A DNA stretch of 64,000 nt, from positions 262,074,001 to 262,138,000 of the forward strand of contig OZ024742.1 in assembly GCA_964016885.1 (NCBI GenBank). Direction: 5' to 3'. Under the pieces are notes generated by a model. The model did not search any database. It was not told where the DNA came from and saw nothing but the letters and a program-made list of their open reading frames with translations. Each line of letters starts with the position of its first letter. Within the stretch, counting starts at the first letter, position 1. The translations under genes were made by a program, and so were the position numbers. Of the stretch, positions 51,483 to 64,000 are shown piece after piece. The DNA comes from Eledone cirrhosa (Eukaryota).

Positions 51483-52913
51483 CACATACATATATACAAA
51501 TACACACGCATCCATATATGCGTATATACATACAAACACCACTACACTCTCACACAACTCAGACATACAAAGAAAAAGGTATATACATATACATATATAC
51601 ACACATTAATAGAGATACATATACACATATATATATATATATATACACATATATTTATATATATACCCACACACTCATACAACCATAAACACACATACAA
51701 ACACATACATACACACATATATATACATATATATACACACACACAAAAACACGCATACACATATATATTTTTACACATACATATACATATATATACACAT
51801 ACACACCTTCACGTATATACATATACACATAAGTTATATTATAATAATAAATAATATATATATATACACATACGAATATATATATACACACATAGATATA
51901 CATATCTATATATACACACACACACACACACTCACATATATATGTGCGCACACGTACATATATACACATACACACATATACACATAAACATATACATGTG
52001 CATACATGTACATACACACATATATACCCACATAGATACGAAGATAGACATATATATAGAGAGACATACATATACATACACATATATACATACACATACA
52101 TACACACATATATATATATATATACACACACATACACGCCCACACATATATACACATATACACACATACATATATATATATATATACACATATATATACA
52201 CATGCATATATACACATATATATATATACATATATATATACACACAATCATACATTCTTATTTGCATGCGCATATATGTATTTTTATACTCAGATATAAA
52301 CACCCAAACATATATACACCTACCTACATATATATTCTTACATACACGCTTACAAACACAGATGATAATAGTATGGGGGAAAGGGGGGGGGGGTTGGAGA
52401 AGGGGATTATAGTAAATATATGTTTCAAGAAACATAGAATATTAATCTGTATTTGGATCTCAATATATGTTTTTACATAGTTTCAGTGTTAGGAAATGCA
52501 AGAAATAAGGCAAAATTATGCATTTCAAAATAAGTATATCATTAATTATATGTTAACTAAACTAAAGAAAGTTAACATATTGATTTCTAAGGTGTAAATT
52601 AGTTAGGTTTATAATATTTGAAGCAGAATTTTGAAGTTAAATAGTAGTAGAGTATTAATTATAGTATAACTAAATTAAAGTTATTAACGTTATGGTATCA
52701 ATATTAGGAAATGAATTTAGTAATAGGGAAAAAACAAATAAAGTATTACATCGGTAGTAGAATATAAATTATAGGTTAACTAAATTAAAAATTATATATT
52801 AATTTCTATAGTATATGTTAATTAGGTATATAATAAATAAAACAGATATTGTATTTTATCAATAGCAGAATATAATTATATGCAAATAGAAATCAAAATT
52901 AATACATATACAT

Positions 52914-52972
<59 letters not shown>

Positions 52973-53460
52973 TACATATACTTACATACATATACATATT
53001 TTTTCAAAAATTGCAAAGAATATATTAACTAGGTATACATCCAAAACACATCCCATTCTATGATTACATGACACTCTGCAATCCGTCTGTATTAGGATAC
53101 TAATTTTAAGCCAATTAAATTAAATTTTTAGGTTGACTAAATTTAAAACCAAATTATAAATATATTTCTAAAATGTATATTAATTAGGTCTATAATACTA
53201 AAAATTATTTCTCTGTCATTGGATACACGATATTTTGTTATATTTTATCTGTAAAGGAATTTTAATAAAGGGTTAAATAAATTAAAATTAATCTATAAAT
53301 TAAATTACTAAGTATATATTAGTAATATTTAAAGGTTTTTCACAATTTATGATTACACAATATTTTATATTCTCATCTGTAGTAGAATTTTAATTAAATT
53401 AAATTTATAGGTTAACTAACATTTAAATTAAATTATATATTAATTTCTAAAATAATGTTA

Positions 53461-54938
53461 TTAATTAGGTTTATAATATTTAAATGTTTTTTTTAGTTTA
53501 TGATTACACGATATAATTAATTCCTGTCGTTTATTTAATAGGATATCCTTAGATTTCATTATTTCAAATAGTTCTTGGGAACATAATCTACATTCATTTC
53601 TATTATTTTGATAAGGGGTGGCTCTTTTGAGCACACTCCAGGTCAAATCATATTCTATATTCTTATTTTTATAACTATTGATTTTTTCTGCTAGAGATGT
53701 TGTATTAGCCAGTGCGGCATTTTTAAAACTATGCTTGTGGGTATTAAACCTTGTCTTAAAATTGTTAGAAGTAGCTCCTATATATGAGCAAATAGAATCT
53801 TTAGTTTTAACATTACATTTATAGACTATGTTGTTAACAAGACAATTCCCTTTTAATGGGCAGTTTGCTTTGTTTCTACAGTTACAACCTTTCGTTAATT
53901 CTGTATTTGAGGAGATATTATGGTTAATTTGATGTATTGGTGGTATACTTATGGTTTTCTTACATTTATATGCATTATAGGCACTTATATTTTGTTTTAT
54001 GTTATTTGTTGTTGAGTATGAGAATTTAACTGTAGACCTATTTAAGATTTGATGGTATTTGTGGTTTGGCGGGAAGATTTTCTCTAGGATATAAAAAAAT
54101 TTTTAGCAATATTATCCTTAATTTGTAAATTAAATGGAGCATTATACCAAGTAACCCGTCTATTACGGTTTCTATGTTGTTTATTATTTTTATTATTTTT
54201 ATAGGTTGTATCGTGATGTTTACTAGGAGGATTAATGTTGAGGATTAATGTTAATGATCTCACCACAACCATTTTTAGTTATATTTGTAGATTTAGGTGT
54301 TTTATCTTTTTTATTAGGAGTTTTATTATTAATATTTATTAGAGTTGTATGATGAGTAGTTTTTTGAGAGTTACTATATTTTATATTAGAAGATTTGGTA
54401 TTTTGGGGTATAGTGTGGGTGGCATTTAGGTGTGTACTTTTCATTTGGTGTTTGTTGGTAATATTAGGTTGTATGCTTTTAGTATTTTTAGTAGAAGGTA
54501 TATATTCTAATCTATTTTTGTAGCCACTTCTATCTAGAGCTTCGTTATAGAAGGTCGCATTTTTATCAAATACATCTTGGTTAGAAGAAAGGTTAGAAAT
54601 TCTAAGTGATATATTATATGCAAGGTTTTTAAGGATAGATTTAGGGTGATTAGATTGTGAGTGTATGTAATGTAAGTTTTGGTTTGGTTTATGGTAAGGT
54701 TGGTAGATACCCGTAGCTAAATCTAAAGTTATATCTAGGAAATTTACTACTTTACTTGTTTTTTCAAAAGTAATATGAAGATTATAATAGTCTTTAAGGA
54801 AAGTTCTAATATGTTTTTTGTTTTTTTCTATTTCTGAAAGGCTAAGGTTGTTAGAAAGAAGAAGACAGTCATCACGATATAAACCACCTTTAAGGTGGGG
54901 AAAGGAGGCATTTATGTTGAAAAGGAGAAAGAGGCCCA

Positions 54939-54940
<2 letters not shown>
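53461..54940 (-). pseudogene. Naiad RT C-terminal half plus GIY-YIG endonuclease, frameshifted
   Basis: [28 protein letters not shown]; manually read CNCRNKANCPLKGNCL..IVYKC..YIGATSNNFKTRFNTHKHSF; CRLC..E and LLNKRQELIISCNH. Confidence 0.9.
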
Positions 54941-55891
<951 letters not shown>

Positions 55892-58735
55892 ATCATCATC
55901 ATCATCATCATCATCGGGTTTAGCGTCCGTGTTCCACGCTTGCATGGGTTTGGATGGGGGTTTTCCCACTTGAGGCAAGAGTGGTTGTCTTGCTCGCAAA
56001 GGACTGTCTGGCGGGTTTTCTACAGTTTGATGCCCTTCCTAACACCAACCACATTTACAGTGTGGGGCTGGGAGGTTTTTACTGTGTTGCCTACACGGCC
56101 ACATTACAGCGTGGACTGTCTGGCGGGTTTTCTACAGCTGGATGCCCTTCCTAACACCGACCACATTTACAGTGTGGGGCTGGGAGGTTTTTACCGTGTT
56201 GCCTACACGGCCACATTTACAGCGTGGACTGTGTGTTTTTTTTGTCGTGACACCTACACGATCTCATTTGTTTCGGCCTGGATGTTGTGGGACCAACATA
56301 ACTTTACATTGAAAGGGGCGGTGTGGATGGGGTGGAGGTGGTGGGACGGGGGTGTGTTTTGATAGAGATGCCTACTGACTGTAGTAGGTTTTTACTTTGT
56401 ATTTAGGTAAGGCGGGTCTTCTCTATTACTGAGTACCACCAAAGGTCTCGGTCCAGTGACATTGTCGTGGAGAGTTGTAAGCGTGTGAGGTCGGAATTTA
56501 TCATGTCGTCCCAGGTTTTTCTGGGTCTGCCTACTCCGTGGCTACCGTCTATCTTTATTGCCCTGCACTTTGTTATACAGCTGTCGTCTTTCATGCGCAT
56601 CACGTGACCGTACCAACGTAGCCTTCTCTCGAGTAAACAACATCTGATCCCTCTTATTTCTAATTTTTTCCTTAGTTCGTTTATGCTTTGCCGTTCACGT
56701 ATATTACTATTGCACATCCAGCGGACCATGCAAGCTTCGTTCCTCTCTAGTTTGCGTATATCCTCTGCACAATGCCCAGGTCTCACTGCCATGCAGCATT
56801 GCTGTTCGTATGCAGGCATCGTATAACCTGCCTTTCATTTTTAGGGAGAACCCTCTAGCGGCTAATAGTGGTATAAGCTCTCTGAACTTTTTCCATCCAG
56901 TTCTGACTCTAGCTACTGTACTTTCAGAGCACCCTCCCCCACTGCTGATTTTGTCACCCAGGTAACGGAAGCTGTCCACTATTTCTATAGAACCCTCTGC
57001 GCAGTTGAAGGAGCTAGTATTTTGTGGGCACTTGCTGCTACTTATTGCACCAGAGCACCGGCCACATGTAAAATCTATGTTCTTTAGTTAGCTTACCTGT
57101 GATCCCACTACATCTTTTATGCACCCATACTTTGCATTTGGGACATAAAATGGAGTTTCTACCTACGCCTTTCCTACACACTGAGCATGGCCATTTCCCA
57201 GAAGGGACCGCCGCCTTATTTTCTTTCCTACAAACTAGAACTTTAGTCTTAGCCAGGTTAATTTTAAGGTCTTTTGATTCTAGGCCGTGCTTCCATGTTT
57301 GAAATTTCTTCTCTAATTCGGTCATTGATTCAGCTATGAGCGTTAGATCATCTGAGTATAGGAGTTCCCATGGGCAGCCGGTCTTGAACTCCTCTGTTAT
57401 AGCCTGAAGGGCAATAATAAATAGTAGGGGGCTAAGAACAGAGCCCTGATGGACACCAACTTTTACGCTAAACTCTTCACTATATTCGTTGTTAATTTTA
57501 ACCTTACTGACTGTTTCTTTATACATGGCTTGTATAGCTCTCACAAGCCATTCGTCAACACCTAGTTTTCTAAGAGACCACAGTCGATGAAAGCTAAGTA
57601 TAGGGGTTTACTTTTAGCTAGGTACTTCTCCTGTAGTTGTCGTACGATGAAAAGAGTGTCTGTGGTACTTTTGCCTGACACAAACCCAAACTGCATTTCA
57701 TCTAGATCAATTCTCTCTCTGATTAGTTGCGCTATTACTTTTTCCGTGACCTTCATGACCTGGTCGATTAATTTAATGCCTCTATAGTTACTCCTATCTA
57801 GGGCATCTTCTTTTCCCTTATAGCAGTTAACGATGATGCTGCTACGCCAGTCCTTCGGAACAACCCCATTCTGTACGACTTGGTTAACTATCCGGGTGAC
57901 CATGGTGTGTCCCACCGTACCAGATGCCTTCAGCATCTCAGCAACTATTTCCGAAGGACCAGCCGCCTTACCCGTCTTTATATCTTTGATTGCCTTGCTT
58001 ATTGTACTACCCTGGACTAACACTGCTGGTCCCTCTATTGGGTCGATGTGGGGGAGACTGTCTTACTCCCATTTATTCTCCTCATTTAGAAGCCTTTCGT
58101 AGTGACACTTCCAAGCTACCTTCTTATCAGCATCGGTGATGGCAAGTATGCCATCATCGTTAAGTACACACTTCTCCCCGACAATATCACGGTTTTCCTT
58201 GACACATTGCCTGGCAATCCTGAACACCTCACGTTTTTGGTCCTCACATTGTAGAACATGTTTGAACTTTCTTTCCTCTGCTTCCCTTCTTGCGAAGTAC
58301 ACTTGTCTCCTAGCTTCCCTCCTGGCCACTTGATAGTCTTCTCTACTTCCCCCATCCCGCCATACTTTCCAAGCCTGCTTTTTGGCCTTAATTGACTCCT
58401 CCACCTTACTGTTCCACCACCATGTTACTCTCCTCCCACCTACAGGCCTGCTCCAGCCAAAGACTTCGTCTGCCGCCGTCAGCAGGTTTGCTCTCAGGAA
58501 TTCCCACTGTTCCTCTATATTATACGACTCTAATTGCTCTTCCTTACTGTCGAAAGCATCAAGTAATATGCTTTGAAATTTATTTCTGGCTATGGGGTCC
58601 TTTAGCTTCCATATTTTTCTCCTGAGGATAGTCCTCTTCCGCTGTCTAGTACGTCTCGTCCTGACTATGAGGTCGCTAATTATCAGTCTATGTTGGGAGG
58701 TGAATTCTTCATGGGGGAGGGATTTAGTGTTAACA
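55892..58735 (-). mobile_element. Older RTE subfamily copy, 5'-truncated, with stops and frameshifts
   Basis: ORFs 58063-58404, 57562-58023, 57038-57544, 56707-56979 and 56403-56819 are collinear with the intact RTE (YSDD in place of YADD); (GAT)n tail. Confidence 0.92.
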
Positions 58736-58741
58736 TATATG

Positions 58742-58792
<51 letters not shown>

Positions 58793-58836
58793 GTATATAT
58801 ATGTATATATATATGTATATATATATATGTATATAT

Positions 58837-61800
58837 ATCATCATCATCATCACCGTTTTACGTCCGTTCTTCCACGCTAGCATGGGTTAGACGGGTTGTC
58901 CTGTTGTGGGCAGTGTCTGGTCGGCTGACCATGCCTTGCTCATACAGGAACTGATCTGGCTTGATTTCTACAGCTGGATGCCCTTCCTAACACCAACCTC
59001 ATTTACAGTGAGTGCTGGGTGCTTTTTCGTGGCGCCTACACGTCCACTTTACAGTGTGGGCTGGGTGCTTTTTTGCCGTGGCACCTCCACGACCACCTTG
59101 CGGTGGGGGGGGCATATTGTTTATATGCTTCAGCATGTACCCATGGGAGGTCGGGTACCCTGTATTACTGCGTGACGCCAGAAGTCACGGTCGTGTGTCA
59201 TTGACTTTGAGAGGTGTAGTTGGGTAAGGTCGGCTTTTATCACCTCATCCCAAGTCATCTTGGGTCTCCCCACTCCGCGGTTTCCATCAACTTCTAGTGC
59301 TCTGCACCTTTTTATGCAGCTGTCATCCTTCATACGCATCACATGTCCATACCAGCGTAACCGCCTCTCCTGCACGCAGCATTTGATTCCTCTTATGCTC
59401 AGTCTCTCTCTCAATTCATTTATGCTTTGTCGTTCACGTATATTACTGTTACACATCCATCGGAGCATGCAGGCTTCGTTTCTCTCTAATCTACGTAAGT
59501 CTTCCACCTTCAGCGCCCAGGTCTCACTACCATGCAACATCGCTGTTCGGATACACGCATCATACAGTCTGCCTTTCATTCTGAGGGAGAAGCCTTTTGC
59601 AGCTAGCAGTGGTAGTAGTTCCCTAAACTTCTTCCATCCCGTTCTTACCCTAGTTATTGTACTTTCTGAGCACCCACCTCCGTTGCTAATTCGGTCACCT
59701 AGGTAGCAGAAGCTGTCTACTGTTTCTACAGGGCCCTCCCAGAGATTGGTGGTACTTGTTTCCTGTGGCTGTTTGCTTGCTGTTTCAGCACAGCTGCTGC
59801 ATGTGAATCCTACATTCTTAATTAAGCTTCCTGAGATCCCGCTACATCTCTTGTGTACCCATTGTTTGCATTTGGGGCAAAGAATGGAGTTCCTACCTAC
59901 ACCTTTCCTACATACTGAGCAAGGCCATTTCCCTGAGGGGATCTGGGTTCTGTTTTCTCGTCTACTTATAAGGACCTTAGTCTTTGTCATGTTGACTTTG
60001 AGGCCCTTTCTCTCTAGTCCCTGCTTCCAGGTTTGGAATTTATTCTCTAGTTCTACCATAGATTCAGCTATGAGTGCGAGGTCATCAGCATACAGGAGTT
60101 CCCATGGGCATCCGGTCTTAAACTCCTCCGTTATTGCCTGCAGGACTATGATGAACAGGAGAGGGCTAAGAACAGAGCCCTGGTGGACCCCAACCTGTAC
60201 GCTAAATTCCTCGCTATACTCATTGCCAATCCTAACTTTGCTGACTGCTCCCCTATACATGGCTTGTACCGCTTTCACAAGCCATTCATCTACTCCTAGT
60301 TTTCTAAGAGCCCACCAGATTACTGCACGTGGAACTCTGTCAAAGGCTTTCTCAAGGTCGACAAATGCCAAGTAGAGTGGCTTACTTTTAGCTAGGTACT
60401 TTTCCTGTAATTGCCTCACAAGGAAGAGCGCATCAGTGGTGCCTTTCCCTGGAACAAACCCAAATTGCATCTCGTCTATATTCACCCGGTCCCTAATCAG
60501 CTGTGCTATAACTCTTTCTGTTACTTTCATGACCTGGTCCATCAACTTTATACCTCTATAGTTTCCTCTATCTAGTGCATCGCCTTTACCTTTGTAGCAG
60601 TTGACAATGATGCTACTGCACCAATCTTTTGGTATGGCCCCCTCTAGTATTACCTGGTTAACGATACGTGTGGTTATAGTATGACCTACAGACCCAGATG
60701 CCTTCAGCATCTCGGCAGCTATACCCGATGGACCGGTTGCCTTCCCTATCTTCATATCTCTGATTGCCTTACTTACTACGCTGCCGCTGACTTGTACTGC
60801 TGGTCCCTCTATAGGGTCTACGTGGGGTAGGGTCTCTTCTTCCCATGCATTCTCCTCATTTAGTAATCTATCATAATGACTCTTCCATGCATCTTTCTTC
60901 TCAGCACTTGTGAGGGCAAGCTCACCTTTATCATTCCAGATACACTTCTCTCCAATGACATCACAACTATCTCTGACACACTGCCTCGCAATCTTGAATA
61001 CCTCCTGTTTCTGGTCCTCACGTTGTAAAACATGCTTGAATTTTCTATCCTCTGCTTCCCTCCTAGCTAAGTATACTTGTCGCCTAGCTTCCCTCTTGGT
61101 CTCTATGTAATGTACCCTGCTCCCCCCGTTCTTCCATTCTTTCCATGCCTGTCTCTTGGCCTTGACTGCTTCATCTACTTTATTGTTCCACCACCAAGTC
61201 ACTCTCCTCCTGCTTGAGGTCTTACTCCAGCCACAAACCTCATCCGTCGCCTCTAGTAAGTTATTTTTTAGGAACTCCCAGTTCTCTTCTACGTTAAATG
61301 TCTCTATCTGTTCTTCTTTACTGTCGTAGGCGTTGAGTAAAATATCTTTAAATCTGTTACTGGTTGAGGGGACTTTCAGCTTCCAGATCTTTCTTCTCCA
61401 GGTTGGCCTCTGTTTCAGGGCTCGTCTAGTTCTGACCGTGAGGTCGCTGACAACTAAGCTATGTTGGGATGTACATTCCTCACTAGGGAAGGCTTTTGTG
61501 TTTACGACCGTCCATCTGTCACGTCCTCTGATGAGAATAAAATCTAACTGACTAGAGTGCTCCCCTGATCTATAGGTGATCAGGTGGTTGTCGGGTTTTT
61601 TAAAGTTTGTGTTACATATCGACATGTCATTGGCGTCGCAGAATTCTAGAAGTCTGAATCCTTCCTCATTCCTTGTGCCAACTCCATGGCCTCCATGTAC
61701 TCTATTGAAGCCGTCGCAGTGTTTACCTACGTGTCCGTTAAAATCTCCTGCAATGATTAGGAAGTCCTTGTCGTCTGTTAGAGCAGTAGTGTGTATTAGG

Positions 61801-62495
61801 GACTCGTAAAACCTATCCTTAAGTTCGTCTGGCAGCCCCGATTGGGGTGCGTAAGCTGATATTATTGTGGTAATTGTCTTATTCAGGACTAGTCTGAGTT
61901 TAATGATTCTTGCATTTACCCTGTACACTGAGATTACTTTATCTACCCACTTGTCAGCTAATAGTATACCTACACCACCCATCCCATCGTCGTTTCCCAC
62001 CCAGAAAAATTTGTAGCACTGGCTTTTTCCTACAAGGACTCTAGCAGACCCTCCTCTCCATCTAGTCTCTTGCACACAGCATACATCAACTTCCTTTCGC
62101 TCTAGCATTTCTACGATTTCTCCTGCTCTTCCTTTCATTGAGCCTACATTGATGGTACCAACTCGGAGTTTTGGGCATTTGTCGACACTCGTAGGGGAGG
62201 GTCTCTGGGTTGGCGCTTCACGTGGGTGCTTGGTAGCTCGCAGATTCATATTTCATCTATTGATTCAGAGTTGCTCGTGTATTCCCAGCTCATCCATCCA
62301 TAACGGTGGGAAAATTGAGGGCTAGAAGGACAGTGGTGGTGGGGTAATGGCAGGGTGTGTTGGGATGCGCCAGAGGAGGAGAGAGTTAGTTAGGCAGGTA
62401 GTAGCAGCAGCAGCAGTGGAAATGGCATGCTAGGTTTGATTGGTCGAATAGACTATGGTGGTGTGTGGGGGGTGGGGGGGAGGGAAATTGTGAGG
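58837..62495 (-). mobile_element. Young, apparently full-length RTE LINE; 5' boundary uncertain
   Basis: Intact ORF, about 290-nt 3' UTR ending in (GAT)n; the upstream region runs into a tandem array. Confidence 0.92.
59130..62249 (-). CDS. RTE-clade APE endonuclease and reverse transcriptase with an internal PHD-type finger (1039 aa, uninterrupted)
   Basis: APE motifs INVGSM, VQETRW, YAPQ, GDFNGHVG, QLDFIL, SQH; RT motifs YRGIKL, QFGF, FVDLEKAFD, GVHQGSVLSP, YADD, YLG; C-terminal RLRWYGHV, RGVGRP..TW. Confidence 0.96.
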   Translation of the reverse strand: MNLRATKHPREAPTQRPSPTSVDKCPKLRVGTINVGSMKGRAGEIVEMLERKEVDVCCVQETRWRGGSARVLVGKSQCYKFFWVGNDDGMGGVGILLADKWVDKVISVYRVNARIIKLRLVLNKTITTIISAYAPQSGLPDELKDRFYESLIHTTALTDDKDFLIIAGDFNGHVGKHCDGFNRVHGGHGVGTRNEEGFRLLEFCDANDMSICNTNFKKPDNHLITYRSGEHSSQLDFILIRGRDRWTVVNTKAFPSEECTSQHSLVVSDLTVRTRRALKQRPTWRRKIWKLKVPSTSNRFKDILLNAYDSKEEQIETFNVEENWEFLKNNLLEATDEVCGWSKTSSRRRVTWWWNNKVDEAVKAKRQAWKEWKNGGSRVHYIETKREARRQVYLARREAEDRKFKHVLQREDQKQEVFKIARQCVRDSCDVIGEKCIWNDKGELALTSAEKKDAWKSHYDRLLNEENAWEEETLPHVDPIEGPAVQVSGSVVSKAIRDMKIGKATGPSGIAAEMLKASGSVGHTITTRIVNQVILEGAIPKDWCSSIIVNCYKGKGDALDRGNYRGIKLMDQVMKVTERVIAQLIRDRVNIDEMQFGFVPGKGTTDALFLVRQLQEKYLAKSKPLYLAFVDLEKAFDRVPRAVIWWALRKLGVDEWLVKAVQAMYRGAVSKVRIGNEYSEEFSVQVGVHQGSVLSPLLFIIVLQAITEEFKTGCPWELLYADDLALIAESMVELENKFQTWKQGLERKGLKVNMTKTKVLISRRENRTQIPSGKWPCSVCRKGVGRNSILCPKCKQWVHKRCSGISGSLIKNVGFTCSSCAETASKQPQETSTTNLWEGPVETVDSFCYLGDRISNGGGCSESTITRVRTGWKKFRELLPLLAAKGFSLRMKGRLYDACIRTAMLHGSETWALKVEDLRRLERNEACMLRWMCNSNIRERQSINELRERLSIRGIKCCVQERRLRWYGHVMRMKDDSCIKRCRALEVDGNRGVGRPKMTWDEVIKADLTQLHLSKSMTHDRDFWRHAVIQGTRPPMGTC

Positions 62496-64000
62496 TAGGA
62501 ACTGAGGGTCGCATGGTAAATATCCAAGTTAATACTACATCAGTAAAATTAACAATAATAACGTCATGAAAAAAGCTACTAAGAGAAACCCTCGAAAATT
62601 TATCGTTAATACAGCAGGGAAAATTTAACGCTAATACAGCAGGGAACATCATAATATTAACGACATGAAAAAGCTACTAAGAGAATCCCTCGAAAATTTA
62701 TCGCTAATACAGCAGGGAAAATTTAACGCTAATACAGCAGGGAACATCATAATATTAACGACATGAAAAAGCTACTAAGAGAAACCCTCGAAAATTTATC
62801 GCTAATACAGCAGGGAAAATTTAACGCTAATACAGCAGGGAACATCATAATATTAACGACAATATGTAGGCTAAAATACCTTCGTAGATTAGGTGGATGG
62901 CTGGCTGGGAAAATTTGAATCAGCTCTACTGGTACATTTTAGCAGAGAAGAATGGCAAAGTGTCTTATCTCTTCAATATTTTCAGATTGAATGAATTAGG
63001 TTAAAGACAGGGTAGTAAGCCTTAAAGAAGTGCATAGAGGGGGGGGGGGTAGGAACTGAGGGTCGCATGGTAAATAACTGAAAGAGATACAATAGGATTA
63101 GAATACCGCATGGTAAATATCCAAGTTAATAAGTTAATACTACATCAGTAAAATTAACAATAATAACGTCATGAAAAAAGCTACTAAGAGAAACCCTCGA
63201 AAATTTATCGCTAATACAGCAGGGAAAATTTAACGCTAATACAGCAGGGAACATCATAATATTAACGACATGAAAAAGCTACTAAGAGAAACCCTCGAAA
63301 ATTTATCGCTAATACAGCAGGGAAAATTTAACGCTAATACAGCAGGGAACATCATAATATTAACGACATGAAAAAGCTACTAAGAGAAACCCTCGAAAAT
63401 TTATCGCTAATACAGCAGGGAAAATTTAACGCTAATACAGCAGGGAACATCATAATATTAACGACAATATGTAGGCTAAAATACCTTCGTAGATTAGGTG
63501 GATGGCTGGCTGGGAAAATTTGAATCAGCTCTACTGGTACATTTTAGCAGAGAAGAATGGCAAAGTGTCTTATCTCTTCAATATTTTCAGATTGAATGAA
63601 TTAGGTTAAAGACAGGGTAGTAAGCCTTAAAGAAGTGCATAGAGGGGGGGGGGGGGGTAGGAACTGAGGGTCGCATGGTAAATAACTGAAAGAGATACAA
63701 TAGGATTAGAATACCGCATGGTAAATATCCAAGTTAATAAGTTAATACTACATCAGTAAAATTAACAATAATAACGTCATGAAAAAAGCTACTAAGAGAA
63801 ACCCTCGAAAATTTATCGCTAATACAGCAGGGAAAATTTAACGCTAATACAGCAGGGAACATCATAATATTAACGACATGAAAAAGCTACTAAGAGAAAC
63901 CCTCGAAAATTTATCGCTAATACAGCAGGGAAAATTTAACGCTAATACAGCAGGGAACATCATAATATTAACGACATGAAAAAGCTACTAAGAGAAACCC
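62495..64000. repeat. Higher-order tandem repeat: 98-bp units in groups of three inside ~608-bp units; runs off the window end
   Basis: GACATGAAAAAGCTACTAAGAG.. at 62662, 62760, 63267 and 63365; TAGGAACTGAGGGTCGCATGGTAAAT at 62496, 63050 and 63658. Confidence 0.93.

Larger units (their letters stand above)
50111..54940 (-). mobile_element. 5'-truncated Penelope-like (Naiad-type) element with a long repetitive 3' region; left boundary inferred
   Basis: Coding part 53461-54940, then on the same strand AT-rich repeats, CA/TA-rich DNA and a terminal hammerhead. The Naiad at 11893-14875 has a similar layout. Confidence 0.6.

Noticed and set aside
53461-53900. Selenocysteine recoding, reported for some Naiad elements
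   Set aside because: All conserved Cys positions I read in both Naiad copies are TGT or TGC; no in-frame TGA there, and I could not identify a SECIS.
59260-61809. Plus-strand ORFs overlapping the RTE (likewise 21908-23023, 13265-14261 and 30832-31721)
   Set aside because: Antisense shadows of transposon ORFs with no recognisable domains.
62250-62495. HDV-like ribozyme, known from some RTE 5' UTRs
   Set aside because: I could not assemble the nested double pseudoknot by eye; an RNArobo or Infernal search would be needed.
62560-64000. Regular repeats resembling a CRISPR array (also 11040-11400 and 28880-29230)
   Set aside because: No unique spacers, no cas genes, eukaryotic context.

Overview
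AT-rich, microsatellite-laden animal genomic DNA. The SINE, RTE and microsatellite landscape suggests an octopus or other cephalopod (inference). The only host gene I can support is the 3' end of EIF3L (four exons, 580-5744). The other ~58 kb is almost entirely mobile DNA. It holds an internally deleted piggyBac and related MITEs, two mariner relics, many tRNA-derived SINEs, and several RTE-clade LINEs, including one intact 1039-aa APE-RT ORF with a PHD-type finger inside the RT domain and a near-identical 5'-truncated copy. It also holds two Penelope-like elements of Naiad type and two Tx1/L1-clade copies bounded by (TATC)n. The most notable signal the ORF track misses is a set of type I hammerhead-ribozyme-like motifs with palindromic stem III and often a long stem II. 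They sit in Penelope-like termini and in small non-coding fold-back elements, including a 531-bp retrozyme-like unit. All structures were read by eye; no folding or database searches were run.
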